This document shows, in pieces, positions 1-8,296 of a stretch of DNA of 14,896 bases (positions are counted from its first letter, which is position 1; each line of letters begins with the position of its first letter). The position numbers and the translations under genes are program-made. Origin of the DNA: an uncultured Deinococcales bacterium (GTDB taxonomy: Bacteria > Deinococcota > Deinococci > Deinococcales > JAAFIG01); NCBI GenBank assembly GCA_964244895.1, contig CAXTKV010000135.1:1-14896 (forward strand), written 5' to 3'. The notes beneath the pieces were generated by a model. That model had not been told where the DNA came from. It saw only the letters and a list, made by a program, of their open reading frames with translations, and did no database searches.

Positions 1-435
1 CGAGGAATCCAGAAGTGGCAAACCGATGTAACTCTGAATGCCTCGGGCGAGCTCTTTGGGATAGCGTTCACCGACGTGCGGGTAAAAACAGACCTGACCA
101 TCCATGACGTTCTCGCACGGCACGCCGGACACGTCGTACTCGGTCAGGGGAACGAAGCCGCCACCTTCCCAGCTGGCCAGTTCGCGCACGCGCTTGTTGG
201 TGGCGTCGGTGCATTCCGTGACGAACGCGATGTGAACCTCGAGCGCCTGCGCGAGATGGCGCACCAGCGAGCGAAAAAAATCCTCGCCAATCACCGAAGC
301 CGTCCCCTCGGCGATCTCGCGAAGCAGCGACTCCGTCCAGCGGTCTCGAGGCTCGAGCCCCGCCACCTCGTCCGTGACTCGCGGCTCGGAGATTCCGTCG
401 CGAACGACTTCACGCGACTTGAACGTTTCGTCCAC
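1..435 (-). CDS. GAF-domain signalling protein, N-terminal 145 aa only (runs off the left edge); output domain unknown
   Basis: Hand translation of the minus strand from GTG at 435 is open to position 1: MDETFKSRE...LLREIAEGTASVIGEDFFRSLVRHLAQALEVHIAFVTEC...EYDVSGVPCENV...CFYPHVGERYP...GIQSYIGLPLLDSS. The pattern GEDFF.SLV..LA.AL....AFV.E / Y...G.PC..V / SY.G.PL.DS matches GAF domains of sensor kinases and sigma54-type activators. An in-frame stop at 451-453 bounds the start. Missing from the ORF track because its stop lies outside the window. Confidence 0.85.
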   Translation of the reverse strand, partial: MDETFKSREVVRDGISEPRVTDEVAGLEPRDRWTESLLREIAEGTASVIGEDFFRSLVRHLAQALEVHIAFVTECTDATNKRVRELASWEGGGFVPLTEYDVSGVPCENVMDGQVCFYPHVGERYPKELARGIQSYIGLPLLDSS

Positions 436-502
436 GAAAAAAGCCCCCAATCACCCCTGTACGCCGATGACGGCCAGATTACACCCGAATCCGCTCGAAC
501 TT

Positions 503-540
503 GAACGCTGAGGCCCGAACGTTGAGGCTCGAGGGTTGAA
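503..540. repeat. Short imperfect 14-bp tandem repeat (about 2.7 copies) in the intergenic region upstream of the GAF gene
   Basis: GAACGCTGAGGCCC (503-516) / GAACGTTGAGGCTC (517-530) / GAGGGTTGAA (531-540). Confidence 0.45.
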
Positions 541-620
541 ATCAGTGCGGAGGCGTGGATGATTTCGGTGCTTCCAATCGGTTGTCAGAAACCGTGTCGC
601 ACAGGGCGTTCGATCGTCTC

Positions 621-2168
621 TCACGCGTCGGGTTCGAGCTGCACGAACCAGTCTCGGGGCGTCACGGTCGGCGGCGGCAAGAAACGAAGCTGCTGCCCTG
701 GCCGAAGCTGCGCCACGGTCGGTAGGTCCCTGGGGTCAATCACGGCGGGTTTGGCGTAACCACCGATGCGACCACGGTCGTTCAGCAAGATGATCGGGTC
801 GCCGTCGGTGGTGATCTGCACGGCACCCATCGGGGTGGCCTCCGAGATCAATTCGCCGCCCGGTACTTTCGATCCCTCGAGGCGCACGCCCATGCGATCC
901 AGGCTGCCGACGGTAAATACGCCGTCGCAGAGCGCCGCGAGCGCCTCCGGGGTGGCTTGCGGGCCGGGCCGCAGGCGGATCGCGGTGCGTTCAAGAAGCG
1001 GCGCGGTGCGCACCGAAAAACCGGCTCGAACCCGGCGGGGTTGCGCCGCGCCGAGCAGGTCGTCGGTTCGCAGCGCCCGACCGATCAGCCCGCGCAGGTC
1101 GGTGCTGCGGCTGCCCAGGAACGCGCCGTGATCCAGGCCGCCCGCGACCGCCAGGTACGCCCGGACGCCGCTCGAGATCGGTCTGAACGAGAGTTCTTGC
1201 CCCGCCGCGACCTTGATGCCGACGCCCGCAGCTTGCAGTACGCCATCCACCAACAGCTCCATGCCGAACCCGGCGAAACCGATCACGGTTTCCTGAAGCG
1301 CCCTCAGCGTCGGCCCTTTGAGCGTCAACTCGAGCAAAGGGTCGTCGGGGCGGTTGCCGACCACGGCGTTGGCGATCCGGGCTGACCGCGAATCCATCGG
1401 CCCGCAAAGCGCCATACCGAAGCGCGAGGCCATCCAGCGCCCGCCGTCCACCACGAGATCCAGCAGGCCCGGCCTCTCAACCCGCAAGACCGGATACGAA
1501 GGTGTCTCGGGCAGCAGTTCCAGCACCCGCGCGGCAGGCAGCGCGGGGCCGTCCGAAGGCTGGAAGCGCACGCTGTCACCAGCCTCGAGCAGGAACGAGT
1601 TCCGGCGGTGCGGGTCGTAGGCGGCCTCGAGCGCCGCGCCCAGCAGATGCCAGCCGCCGGGCGTCTCGAGCGAGTAGATGCAGGTCTGCCCGACCGCTAT
1701 TGCGACCGCGTTGGCCGGAACCTTGCTGCGAGGCGTGGAACGGCGCGGCAAGAACAACGCCGGGTCGAGCGCGCCCATCATCGGCTGGCCCGGCACGAAA
1801 CCGACCGTGTAGACGCGGTAGCTTTGCGCCGCGTGCAGACGGATCACGTCCTGGACGCTCAATCCGGTCTGTTCCGCTACCCAGGCCAGATCCTGACCGT
1901 CGTAGCGCGTCGGGATCACCACCTGGCGTCCGTCCGGTTTGGGCTCGAGGCGATGCAGGTGCCGATTGACCCATTGGCGAACCTGATCGCGCGCGATCAG
2001 GTTCGCGTCGAATTCGATGTACAGGTTGACGTAGCCGGGGTACAAGTCGGTGATACCGATTCTCAGGTCGCTCAGCAGTCGGTCGCTGAGGGCGTGAATG
2101 CGGGCGTTCGCCTCCGGATCGAGACGCTCCGAGAACTGAACGTAGAGCCCTTCCAGGGATCGAATCAC
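621..2168 (-). CDS. pxpBC: Fused 5-oxoprolinase subunits B and C (PxpB-PxpC; KipI-KipA / allophanate hydrolase subunit 1+2 family)
   Basis: 515 aa. The N-half has PxpB motifs (IPTRYDGQDL, YRVYTVGFVPG, LPRRSTPR.KVPANAVAIA..QTCIY..ETPGGWHLLG, GDSVRF). The C-half has PxpC motifs (PGLL..VVD.GR, GPMD......AN..VGN, LELTL.GP, G.RAYLAVAGG, LGSRSTDL, DRMGVRLEG, GAVQI..DG.PIILL.D...GGY.K). Confidence 0.92.
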   Translation of the reverse strand: MIRSLEGLYVQFSERLDPEANARIHALSDRLLSDLRIGITDLYPGYVNLYIEFDANLIARDQVRQWVNRHLHRLEPKPDGRQVVIPTRYDGQDLAWVAEQTGLSVQDVIRLHAAQSYRVYTVGFVPGQPMMGALDPALFLPRRSTPRSKVPANAVAIAVGQTCIYSLETPGGWHLLGAALEAAYDPHRRNSFLLEAGDSVRFQPSDGPALPAARVLELLPETPSYPVLRVERPGLLDLVVDGGRWMASRFGMALCGPMDSRSARIANAVVGNRPDDPLLELTLKGPTLRALQETVIGFAGFGMELLVDGVLQAAGVGIKVAAGQELSFRPISSGVRAYLAVAGGLDHGAFLGSRSTDLRGLIGRALRTDDLLGAAQPRRVRAGFSVRTAPLLERTAIRLRPGPQATPEALAALCDGVFTVGSLDRMGVRLEGSKVPGGELISEATPMGAVQITTDGDPIILLNDRGRIGGYAKPAVIDPRDLPTVAQLRPGQQLRFLPPPTVTPRDWFVQLEPDA

Positions 2169-2308
2169 GGTTTAATTCTCGCGCATCGGAGGCCGGCGCG
2201 CACGCCTCGGTGGAGCTCGGGCGCGGCCCATGCGTGGATCAGTCCAACCTGCACCATTGCGTTCCTTTCGCTACTCGGGACGGCTCGAGCCTCGAAGCGT
2301 CAGGCTGG

Positions 2309-2350
2309 AAACACCGTCCCTGACGCATGGCCTTATTTGCGTGCTGGAGC
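2309..2350. promoter_or_regulatory. Paired inverted box, site 1 (25-bp spacing)
   Basis: AAACAC-CGTCCCTGACG (2315-2325), 14-bp gap, CGTGCTGGAGC (2340-2350). The function is inferred. Confidence 0.55.
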
Positions 2351-2425
2351 GCGAGTAGCCCGTCAGGTGCTGTTTTACGAGCAAGAAGCGCGAGTAGCCC
2401 GTCAGGTGCTGTTTGTTGATCAAGA
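2348..2425 (+). repeat. 39-bp tandem repeat, 2 copies; same family as 14760-14896
   Basis: AGCGCGAGTAGCCCGTCAGGTGCTGTTTTACGAGCAAGA (2348-2386) and AGCGCGAGTAGCCCGTCAGGTGCTGTTTGTTGATCAAGA (2387-2425). The first 28 nt are identical. Confidence 0.9.
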
Positions 2426-2521
2426 GCGGTGTGTTCGCGTTTGACCTCGAGAATCCGGCTTTTGGATGGGTCTATTCAATACCGTTTTCTCTCGAGCCCG
2501 AACGCCCACGAAGCCAGAATT

Positions 2522-2532
2522 CGTGCCAGACG
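2522..2532. promoter_or_regulatory. Single box upstream of the regulator promoter
   Basis: CGTGCCAGACG is identical to the right-hand box at 10882-10892. No partner is found 25 or 35 bp upstream. Confidence 0.4.
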
Positions 2533-2573
2533 CAGCCCTTGAAGTTCAGGAAGGTTCAAGCGCACATCGCCCC

Positions 2574-2579
2574 TAGAAT
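2574..2579 (+). promoter_or_regulatory. Putative -10 box of a leaderless promoter for the regulator
   Basis: TAGAAT lies 7 nt before ATG 2587 and there is no Shine-Dalgarno. A TANNNT box just upstream of the start codon is the known signature of leaderless mRNAs in Deinococcus-Thermus. Confidence 0.65.
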
Positions 2580-2586
2580 ACTGAAG

Positions 2587-5500
2587 ATGATCGAGTCAGC
2601 CACTCAAGAAAAGGGTGCGGGTTTGAGACGAGACGTGATCTCGGACGTCGCGCAGCAACTCGGTGCGGTCGTCTCGAAACGCGTGGGAATGCCCATCGGC
2701 CTCTGGGGCGAACCGGGCATCGGCAAGACGCACGCGGCGCGAGCGGTACTCGAGCGCGCGCTGTGCCATCACCTGAGCTTGCACGCCACCGCCAGCGGCG
2801 CGCAGATCGCGGCGGCGCTGCCCAGAGCCCGAACCGTGCCCGCCTGGGCGCAAGCGCAACTCGCTCGGCTCGAGCGCGGTGAGTCGCTGGAAAAAGAAGC
2901 CCTCACCGCCACGCTCGCGGCGGCGCTGGATTCGTTGGCGCCGTTCGTGCTGCACCTCGAGGATCTTCACGAGGCCGACCCGGAACGGTTCGAGTTGATC
3001 GAAGCTTTGGCCCGTATCGTCGCGCGCACGCGCGGCGTCGGTTTGTTGGTCACGAGCCGTGCGCCATTGCCAGAGCCCTTTCGCAACCACCACCTCGAGC
3101 CGTTGTCTTTTGAGCAAGTACACCATTTGGTGGCGCGAGAACTGAAGGCTGAAGCACCCGATGACGGGCTCGAATGGGTCTTCGGGCGCACGCGAGGCAA
3201 CCCGTTGTTCACGCTCGAATTCGTGCGCTACCTGACCCGGCAAGGCTTTTTGTGGAGCGATGGGCAGCGCTGGAACTGGCGACCCCCGCCTGAGGATTTC
3301 GTTCCGATCACCGTGGATGCGTTGATCTCGCAACTGATTTTGGGTTTGGCCGTGAATCCAGAAATTCTGGCGGCGCTCGAGGCCAGAGCGATCCTTCCCG
3401 GTGAGCTGCGCTCGGAACGCTTCGCGGCTGCCTGGGCCGAGGTCGCGGAGCTCAGCCGCAAAAGCTTGCGGGTTGCGGTGGTCGCGCTCGAACAAGCGGG
3501 AATCTTGAACGGTGAGCAGTTCGCACACCCGCTGTTTGCGGAGGTGATCCGGCGCGATATTCCCGCTGCCAGACGAACCATGTATGCGGCGCGCGCGGTA
3601 CAGGCGCTCGAGGTCTTCGACCCGGTGCTGGCCACAGGGTATTTCAACGAGGCGAAACTCGAGCCCTCCGAGGCGAGCGAACGCTTCGAGCGGGTTGCTC
3701 GAGGTTTGCACAGCCTCGGCGATGAGGTTCAAGCTGCACGCTTGCTGGCTCAGGCCGCCGAATGCTCCAGCGGTGAGCGACAGGCGGCGTTGGCGCTCGA
3801 GGCGGCTCGGTATCTTCGCAGGCGCGACGTGCCCGAAACCGAACGCCTGTCGCGGCTCGCGATTCAATCCTTAACGCTTCGCATCGAGGCCACCTTCGCG
3901 TGCGCTGGCGCCATTCAGGTCAGCGGGCGACACGATGAAGCCTGGAGCTTGTTGCAATCCCTGCCAGAAAACGAACGCGATGGGCTCCAGTGGTGGCAGA
4001 TGCTGCTGGAATTTCACGTCACAGCCGGACAAAATCGTGAAGCGGTGCGCCTCTGGGACGAGCGCCCGGATTTGCAAAAATCCGCTTCTGCCTGGAGTCT
4101 GTACAAGGTCATCAGCGCCCTGATTCACCTCAGCCAGACCGAACGGGCGAACGAACTGATTGACGTTACGCTCTCGCGCTCCGACATCAGCCCTGCGGAG
4201 CGGGCGCAGATCCTCGACCGACGAAACTTCATGCTCGTGCGCGAAGCGCAATACGAGGCGGTCGAACGCAACCTGACCGAACTCCTCGGGCTGATCGACG
4301 AACGCTCGTTTCCCTCGGATTGCGCCACGTATTACGTCAATCGATCCGTCGCCCGCACGAGGCTCGGCAAGCACGTCGAAGCCGAAGCGGACGCGGCGAG
4401 CGCCTGCCAACTGGCCCTGTCCACCGGTTCGTTGACGTACTACGCGATCTTCCCGACGGCGTTGGCGCTCGCCCAGATTTACCAGGGGAAGTACGAGCAG
4501 GCCGAACGGGTGCTGCTCGAGGTGACCTCGTTGGCGCAACTCCATAACCCCAGCGCGCTCTGGGATTGCTACGGACACCTGAGTTTCTTGTACCTGCGCT
4601 GGAACGCGCCGCTCGGCCCGATGCTGGCCCGCCGTTACGCTCGGCTCGCGCTCGAGATCGCGCGCGGTCTGGAACGCACCGATGCGCTGGTCAGCGCGCT
4701 CGAGGATTGCTGTCGGGCGGAATTTCAGAATCTCGCGCCCGAAGCCGCGCTCGAGTACGCCAGGGAACTCGAGCGGATCGCGCTGCGCACCGGGTCGAAC
4801 GAAGACCTGACATCCGGCTCCTACCAGATGGGGCGCGCGCACGCCGAACTGGGACAGCGCGATCTGGCGGTGCCGTACCTGCTGCGCGCCGCAGAACTCC
4901 ACGAGGCGCACGGCAATCGCGCCGAAGCCCTGAGCGCGCTGCTCGAGATTGACCGACTCGATAACGACATCGAGGCCGCGAGGCGCAAGCTCGAATGGTT
5001 CGAGGCGAACGGCAGCCATCAGCACGCGGCACGCGTCAGACGGTGTTTCCCGATGCTGGGGCTCGCACTTGAACAGCCCGCCTCGCGTTCATCGGCCCGG
5101 ATTCACGTCCTCGGCTCCGTCGGGCTCGAGCGCGATGGACGACCCATTCCCACGCGCGCCCGCAAACGCCTCGAGATCCTGACGCACCTCCTCGAAACCC
5201 GGATCTCGGGGCGATCCGAGGCGAGCGCGCTCGAGTTAATCGACGCGGTCTACCCGGACGCGCCCGAGCCCGAAGCCAGAAACACGCTCAAGCAGCAGGT
5301 CTACATGATCCGTTCGAGCCTCGGGGCGGAGAGCGTCGTCAGCACCCCGAACGGTTACGCGCTCGGGGCCGTCTCGAGCGATGCCGAGGAGTTCCTGAGC
5401 GCGGGCGATTCGGGCGTCTGGCGCGGCGCGTACCTGGAGGGCTTCCACGGGGGCTGGCGCTCGGAGGTGCGCGAGGCCTTGATGCTCGGTTTGCGTTCGC

Positions 5501-5730
5501 GCATCGAGACCCTCGGGTCGGGTGACGCGAAAGAGATTGCGCGGCTGGGTGCGATCCTGCTCGAGATGGAACCCTACGACCTCGACGCGTTGCGCTCGGT
5601 CGTTCAGGCGCTCGAAGCGGCGGGCGATGCGCGCGGCGCGCGGCGGTTGTTCCGGGATGGTGGCTCGCGATTGGAGCAGATCGGTGCGTCTTTGCCGGAA
5701 ACCTTCGAGGATTTTGTAACGGCGCGCTGA
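2587..5730 (+). CDS. Large ATP-binding transcriptional regulator: N-terminal STAND/AAA ATPase, TPR-like helical region, C-terminal winged-HTH + BTAD (SARP-like)
   Basis: Walker A GEPGIGKT (2707-2730), Walker B FVLHLEDLH, sensor VTSR and STAND GxP motif TRGNPLF. Ala/Leu/Glu-rich helical repeats follow. From about 5098: RIHVLG.V.L..DG, LEILTHLL, ELIDAVYPD...ARNTLKQQVYMIR..LG, GYAL, SDAEEF, W.G.YL, EPYD, typical of SARP wHTH/BTAD. Start moved from 2413 (inside the tandem repeat) to ATG 2587; 1047 aa. Confidence 0.88.
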   Translation: MIESATQEKGAGLRRDVISDVAQQLGAVVSKRVGMPIGLWGEPGIGKTHAARAVLERALCHHLSLHATASGAQIAAALPRARTVPAWAQAQLARLERGESLEKEALTATLAAALDSLAPFVLHLEDLHEADPERFELIEALARIVARTRGVGLLVTSRAPLPEPFRNHHLEPLSFEQVHHLVARELKAEAPDDGLEWVFGRTRGNPLFTLEFVRYLTRQGFLWSDGQRWNWRPPPEDFVPITVDALISQLILGLAVNPEILAALEARAILPGELRSERFAAAWAEVAELSRKSLRVAVVALEQAGILNGEQFAHPLFAEVIRRDIPAARRTMYAARAVQALEVFDPVLATGYFNEAKLEPSEASERFERVARGLHSLGDEVQAARLLAQAAECSSGERQAALALEAARYLRRRDVPETERLSRLAIQSLTLRIEATFACAGAIQVSGRHDEAWSLLQSLPENERDGLQWWQMLLEFHVTAGQNREAVRLWDERPDLQKSASAWSLYKVISALIHLSQTERANELIDVTLSRSDISPAERAQILDRRNFMLVREAQYEAVERNLTELLGLIDERSFPSDCATYYVNRSVARTRLGKHVEAEADAASACQLALSTGSLTYYAIFPTALALAQIYQGKYEQAERVLLEVTSLAQLHNPSALWDCYGHLSFLYLRWNAPLGPMLARRYARLALEIARGLERTDALVSALEDCCRAEFQNLAPEAALEYARELERIALRTGSNEDLTSGSYQMGRAHAELGQRDLAVPYLLRAAELHEAHGNRAEALSALLEIDRLDNDIEAARRKLEWFEANGSHQHAARVRRCFPMLGLALEQPASRSSARIHVLGSVGLERDGRPIPTRARKRLEILTHLLETRISGRSEASALELIDAVYPDAPEPEARNTLKQQVYMIRSSLGAESVVSTPNGYALGAVSSDAEEFLSAGDSGVWRGAYLEGFHGGWRSEVREALMLGLRSRIETLGSGDAKEIARLGAILLEMEPYDLDALRSVVQALEAAGDARGARRLFRDGGSRLEQIGASLPETFEDFVTAR

Positions 5731-5754
5731 CCCGGCCAAAAGCGCGGTTTGACT

Positions 5755-5806
5755 GAGGGCACCGCCCTGGACGCGAGATAAAAATTGCGTCCAGGACGGT
5801 GTTCTT
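5755..5806 (+). terminator. Hairpin after the regulator, formed by paired inverted box site 2 (25-bp spacing); possible intrinsic terminator and/or operator
   Basis: GAGGGCACCGCCCTGGACGC (5755-5774), 12-nt loop, GCGTCCAGGACGGTGTTCTT (5787-5806). This gives a 20-bp stem with one mismatch and three G-U pairs, followed by T-rich TGCATCTTTTGGCTTTTCTTT. Box cores are at 5763-5773 and 5788-5798. Confidence 0.6.
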
Positions 5807-5914
5807 TGCATCTTTTGGCTTTTCTTTGACCGCGTTGTGACCGAGCCCCCCGCATCATGACCTGGCGCTCGAGCGGATCGCTCGAGGGTGCAACTGGGGG
5901 AAAGGAGGCGGGTG

Positions 5915-6334
5915 GTGGAGGCGCGCGCGGATCATCACGATGACGGTCTGCCAGCGCTCGAGGAGGTCGGGAGCTCGAGCCGGGATGCGACTCGAAGCTC
6001 GAGCCAGGGTTTCGACGGAAGCCCTGAGCGCATCGCGGGACGTTTTTTTGCCCGACTCTGGGACATCGATTGCGTGCTCGAGCTGTGCCTGAACAACGCC
6101 GGTTGCGTCGAAGGCCGGTTGATCGCGGACGACGAACCGCTCGAAATTGCGGGCGGATCACCCGACCCGAACGGCGATGTTCGCGGCCTGATCCGCGCCC
6201 GCAGCCTGACGGAAGCCTTCGCCGCGTTCCAGGCGCACCTGGCGGAAGACGGTTTGTTCCTTCAGGTCAACCTGGCCGATGCCGAGACCGGCCTCGAGAT
6301 CGCTGCCGACGTGATGTTCGTGCGGCTGGGCTGA
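5915..6334 (+). CDS. Hypothetical protein (about 139 aa), paralogue of 6484-6816
   Basis: Strong SD AAAGGAGG (5901-5908) lies 6 nt before in-frame GTG 5915. The C-terminal ~100 aa align with the next ORF (DC.LEL.L..AGC..G...AD.E.LEI.GG.P...G.V.GLI...MF.R). Confidence 0.75.
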   Translation: MEARADHHDDGLPALEEVGSSSRDATRSSSQGFDGSPERIAGRFFARLWDIDCVLELCLNNAGCVEGRLIADDEPLEIAGGSPDPNGDVRGLIRARSLTEAFAAFQAHLAEDGLFLQVNLADAETGLEIAADVMFVRLG

Positions 6335-6483
6335 ACGCCTTTGCAAGACTGTTGATCGCCCCTTGACCCGCGCTGGGTCGGGATGCGAGCCGGACGCGTG
6401 CGCTGATTTTCGACTGAGATTTTTCACCCGAGAAACGCCCGAGCCGCAATTGCAGCTCGAGGGCCGAGGAGGATTGTCAACCG

Positions 6484-6816
6484 ATGACCGCAACACTGAC
6501 CCAGAGCTTGACCGGACAGTACACGACCAACATTCAGAATCTGGATTGCAGCCTGGAGCTGCACCTGGACGGCGCGGGCTGCCTGGTGGGCGAATTCGTC
6601 GCCGATGGCGAACGCCTGGAGATCATGGGCGGCGTGCCGAACGCCTACGGCGAGGTTTTCGGGCTGATCCTGGAACCCGAGGGCATCCTGGCGGTCTTCC
6701 GGGCCGCGCCGCAAGCCCAGGACCTGATCTTCGAGGTGGACGTTCCCGGCCAGGACGATCTGATGCAGCTTCACAACGCCGAACGCCTGATGTTCCGCCG
6801 TCGGGAAGCCCAGTGA
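6484..6816 (+). CDS. Hypothetical protein (110 aa), paralogue of 5915-6334
   Basis: SD GAGGAGG at 6466-6472 and strongly GC3-biased codons. Its stop overlaps the next start (GTGA 6813-6816). Shares a motif with the upstream ORF. Confidence 0.85.
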   Translation: MTATLTQSLTGQYTTNIQNLDCSLELHLDGAGCLVGEFVADGERLEIMGGVPNAYGEVFGLILEPEGILAVFRAAPQAQDLIFEVDVPGQDDLMQLHNAERLMFRRREAQ

Positions 6817-8195
6817 AACGCGCCGGACAGCACGCCATCGTGATCGGCGCGAGCATCGGCGGTTTGCTGGCCGCGCGCGTGCTGAGCGACCGCTTCGAGC
6901 GCGTCACGATCCTCGAGCGCGACGAATTTCCCGCACCCGGTCAGCCTCGCAAGGGCGTGCCGCAGGGCCGTCACGCGCACGGCGTGCTGGCCACCGGATG
7001 GCGCATCATGCAGCGCCTGTTTCCCGGCTTCGAGACGGAATTGCTCGAGGCGGGCGCGCAGATCGGTGATTCCACCGGGGACGGATTGTGGTTTCAGCAA
7101 GGCGGTTACCTGGCGCAGACGGACGGCGGGTTGCCCGTGATCTGCCTGAGCCGTCCGCTCCTGGAGGCTCGAGTGCGGGCTCGGGTGCTGGCCTTACCGA
7201 ACGTTCAGGCGCGGACGGGGGCGGACGTGAACGGGCTCCTGAGCCCCGACAGCACCCGCGTAACGGGCGTCAAGCTGACCGATGGCGCGAGCGATCGAAC
7301 GCTCGAAGCTGACCTGGTGATCGACGCCAGCGGTCGAGGTTCGCGCAGCGGCGCGTGGCTCGAGGCGCTCGGCTACGCGAAACCTGAAGTCTCACAGATC
7401 AAGATCGACCTGGCCTACGCCAGCCGGGTCTACAGCCGCAAAGCCAGCGATCTGGGCGGCAAGACGCACCTGGTCATGACCCCAAAAGCACCGCACAACA
7501 AGCGCAGCGGTGTGCTGCTGGCGCAGGAAAACGACTGCTGGATCGTGACCCTGATCGGCCTCCTGGGCGATCATTGCCCGACGGATGAAGCGGGTTTTCT
7601 GGAGTTCGCCCGGAGCTTGCCGACCCGCGAACTCTACGACGTGATTTCCAAGGCCGAACCGCGCTCCGAGATCACCCAGCACCGTTACCCCTCCAGCCAA
7701 CGCCGCCATTTTGAGCGCCTGACGCGCTTCCCGGAGGGCTTCGCGGTCTTTGGGGACGCGCTGTGCAGCTTCAACCCGGCTTTCGGGCAGGGCATGACGG
7801 TCGCTTCGCTCGAGGCGCAAGCGCTCGAGGAAAGCCTGACGGATGGCCTTTCGGGGTTGTGGCGGCGCTTCATCGGGCGCGCCTCCAAGATCGTGGACAT
7901 CCCGTGGACCCTCTCGGCCAGCGCAAACCTGGCCTTCCCGGAGGTGCAGGGCGAGCGCGGCCCGCAGGTCGGGATCGTCAACGCGTACATCGGCAGGTTG
8001 CTCGAGGTGGCGCACACCGACCCGAAGCTGGTCGTGGCCTTCCATCAGGTCAGCAACCTGGTCAAACCGCCGTCCAGTCTGTTCGCGCCCGGCATCGTCT
8101 GGCGCGTGCTGTTCGGTCAGAGAACCCGGCTCGAGTTTGCCGGGTCGCGGATCGACGCTGCCCAGAACGCCTCGAAGACCTTCGAGCGCCCATAA
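6813..8195 (+). CDS. FAD-dependent monooxygenase/oxidoreductase (UbiH-like / LasC-epoxidase-like family)
   Basis: True start GTG 6813, coupled to the upstream stop; 460 aa. Rossmann motif HAIVIGASIGGLLAA, ILERD, RKGVPQGRHAH, ADLVIDASGRGS and the second FAD motif FGDALCSFNPAFGQGM. Confidence 0.9.
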   Translation: MKRAGQHAIVIGASIGGLLAARVLSDRFERVTILERDEFPAPGQPRKGVPQGRHAHGVLATGWRIMQRLFPGFETELLEAGAQIGDSTGDGLWFQQGGYLAQTDGGLPVICLSRPLLEARVRARVLALPNVQARTGADVNGLLSPDSTRVTGVKLTDGASDRTLEADLVIDASGRGSRSGAWLEALGYAKPEVSQIKIDLAYASRVYSRKASDLGGKTHLVMTPKAPHNKRSGVLLAQENDCWIVTLIGLLGDHCPTDEAGFLEFARSLPTRELYDVISKAEPRSEITQHRYPSSQRRHFERLTRFPEGFAVFGDALCSFNPAFGQGMTVASLEAQALEESLTDGLSGLWRRFIGRASKIVDIPWTLSASANLAFPEVQGERGPQVGIVNAYIGRLLEVAHTDPKLVVAFHQVSNLVKPPSSLFAPGIVWRVLFGQRTRLEFAGSRIDAAQNASKTFERP

Positions 8196-8211
8196 ATCTG
8201 CGGTGCTGAGC

Positions 8212-8269
8212 CAAGACCGTCCAGCACGGTGTCTTGATGCGCCAAAAATCTGCGTGCTACGCGGTGTCC
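8212..8269. promoter_or_regulatory. Paired inverted box, site 3 (35-bp spacing)
   Basis: CAAGAC-CGTCCAGCACG (8218-8228)-GTGTC, 24-bp gap, degenerate CGTGCTACGCG (8253-8263)-GTGTCC. SD CCCGAAAGGA at 8281-8290. Confidence 0.65.
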
Positions 8270-8296
8270 AGCTGCGGATGCCCGAAAGGAATCCCC

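Noticed and set aside
76..504. ORF 76..504 (+)
   Set aside because: Antisense shadow of the minus-strand GAF gene, with no recognisable motifs.
2413..2586. 58-aa N-terminal extension of the regulator in the ORF track
   Set aside because: It starts inside the tandem repeat and spans the box and -10 element. ATG 2587 fits a leaderless start and precedes the ATPase domain.
2596..5025. Long minus-strand ORFs 2596..3867 and 3871..5025 (and similar ones such as 7392..8387, 10010..10846, 13020..13868)
   Set aside because: Antisense shadows of well-supported plus-strand genes, expected in GC3-biased DNA.
6363..6812. 150-aa N-terminal extension of the FAD enzyme (610-aa ORF)
   Set aside because: It overlaps the better-supported 6484-6816 gene in another frame and is Arg/Pro/Gly-rich. 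The Rossmann motif begins right after GTG 6813.
8234..8296. Upstream start of the Ig lipoprotein
   Set aside because: It overlaps box pair 3. TTG 8297 has an SD and gives a canonical lipoprotein signal.
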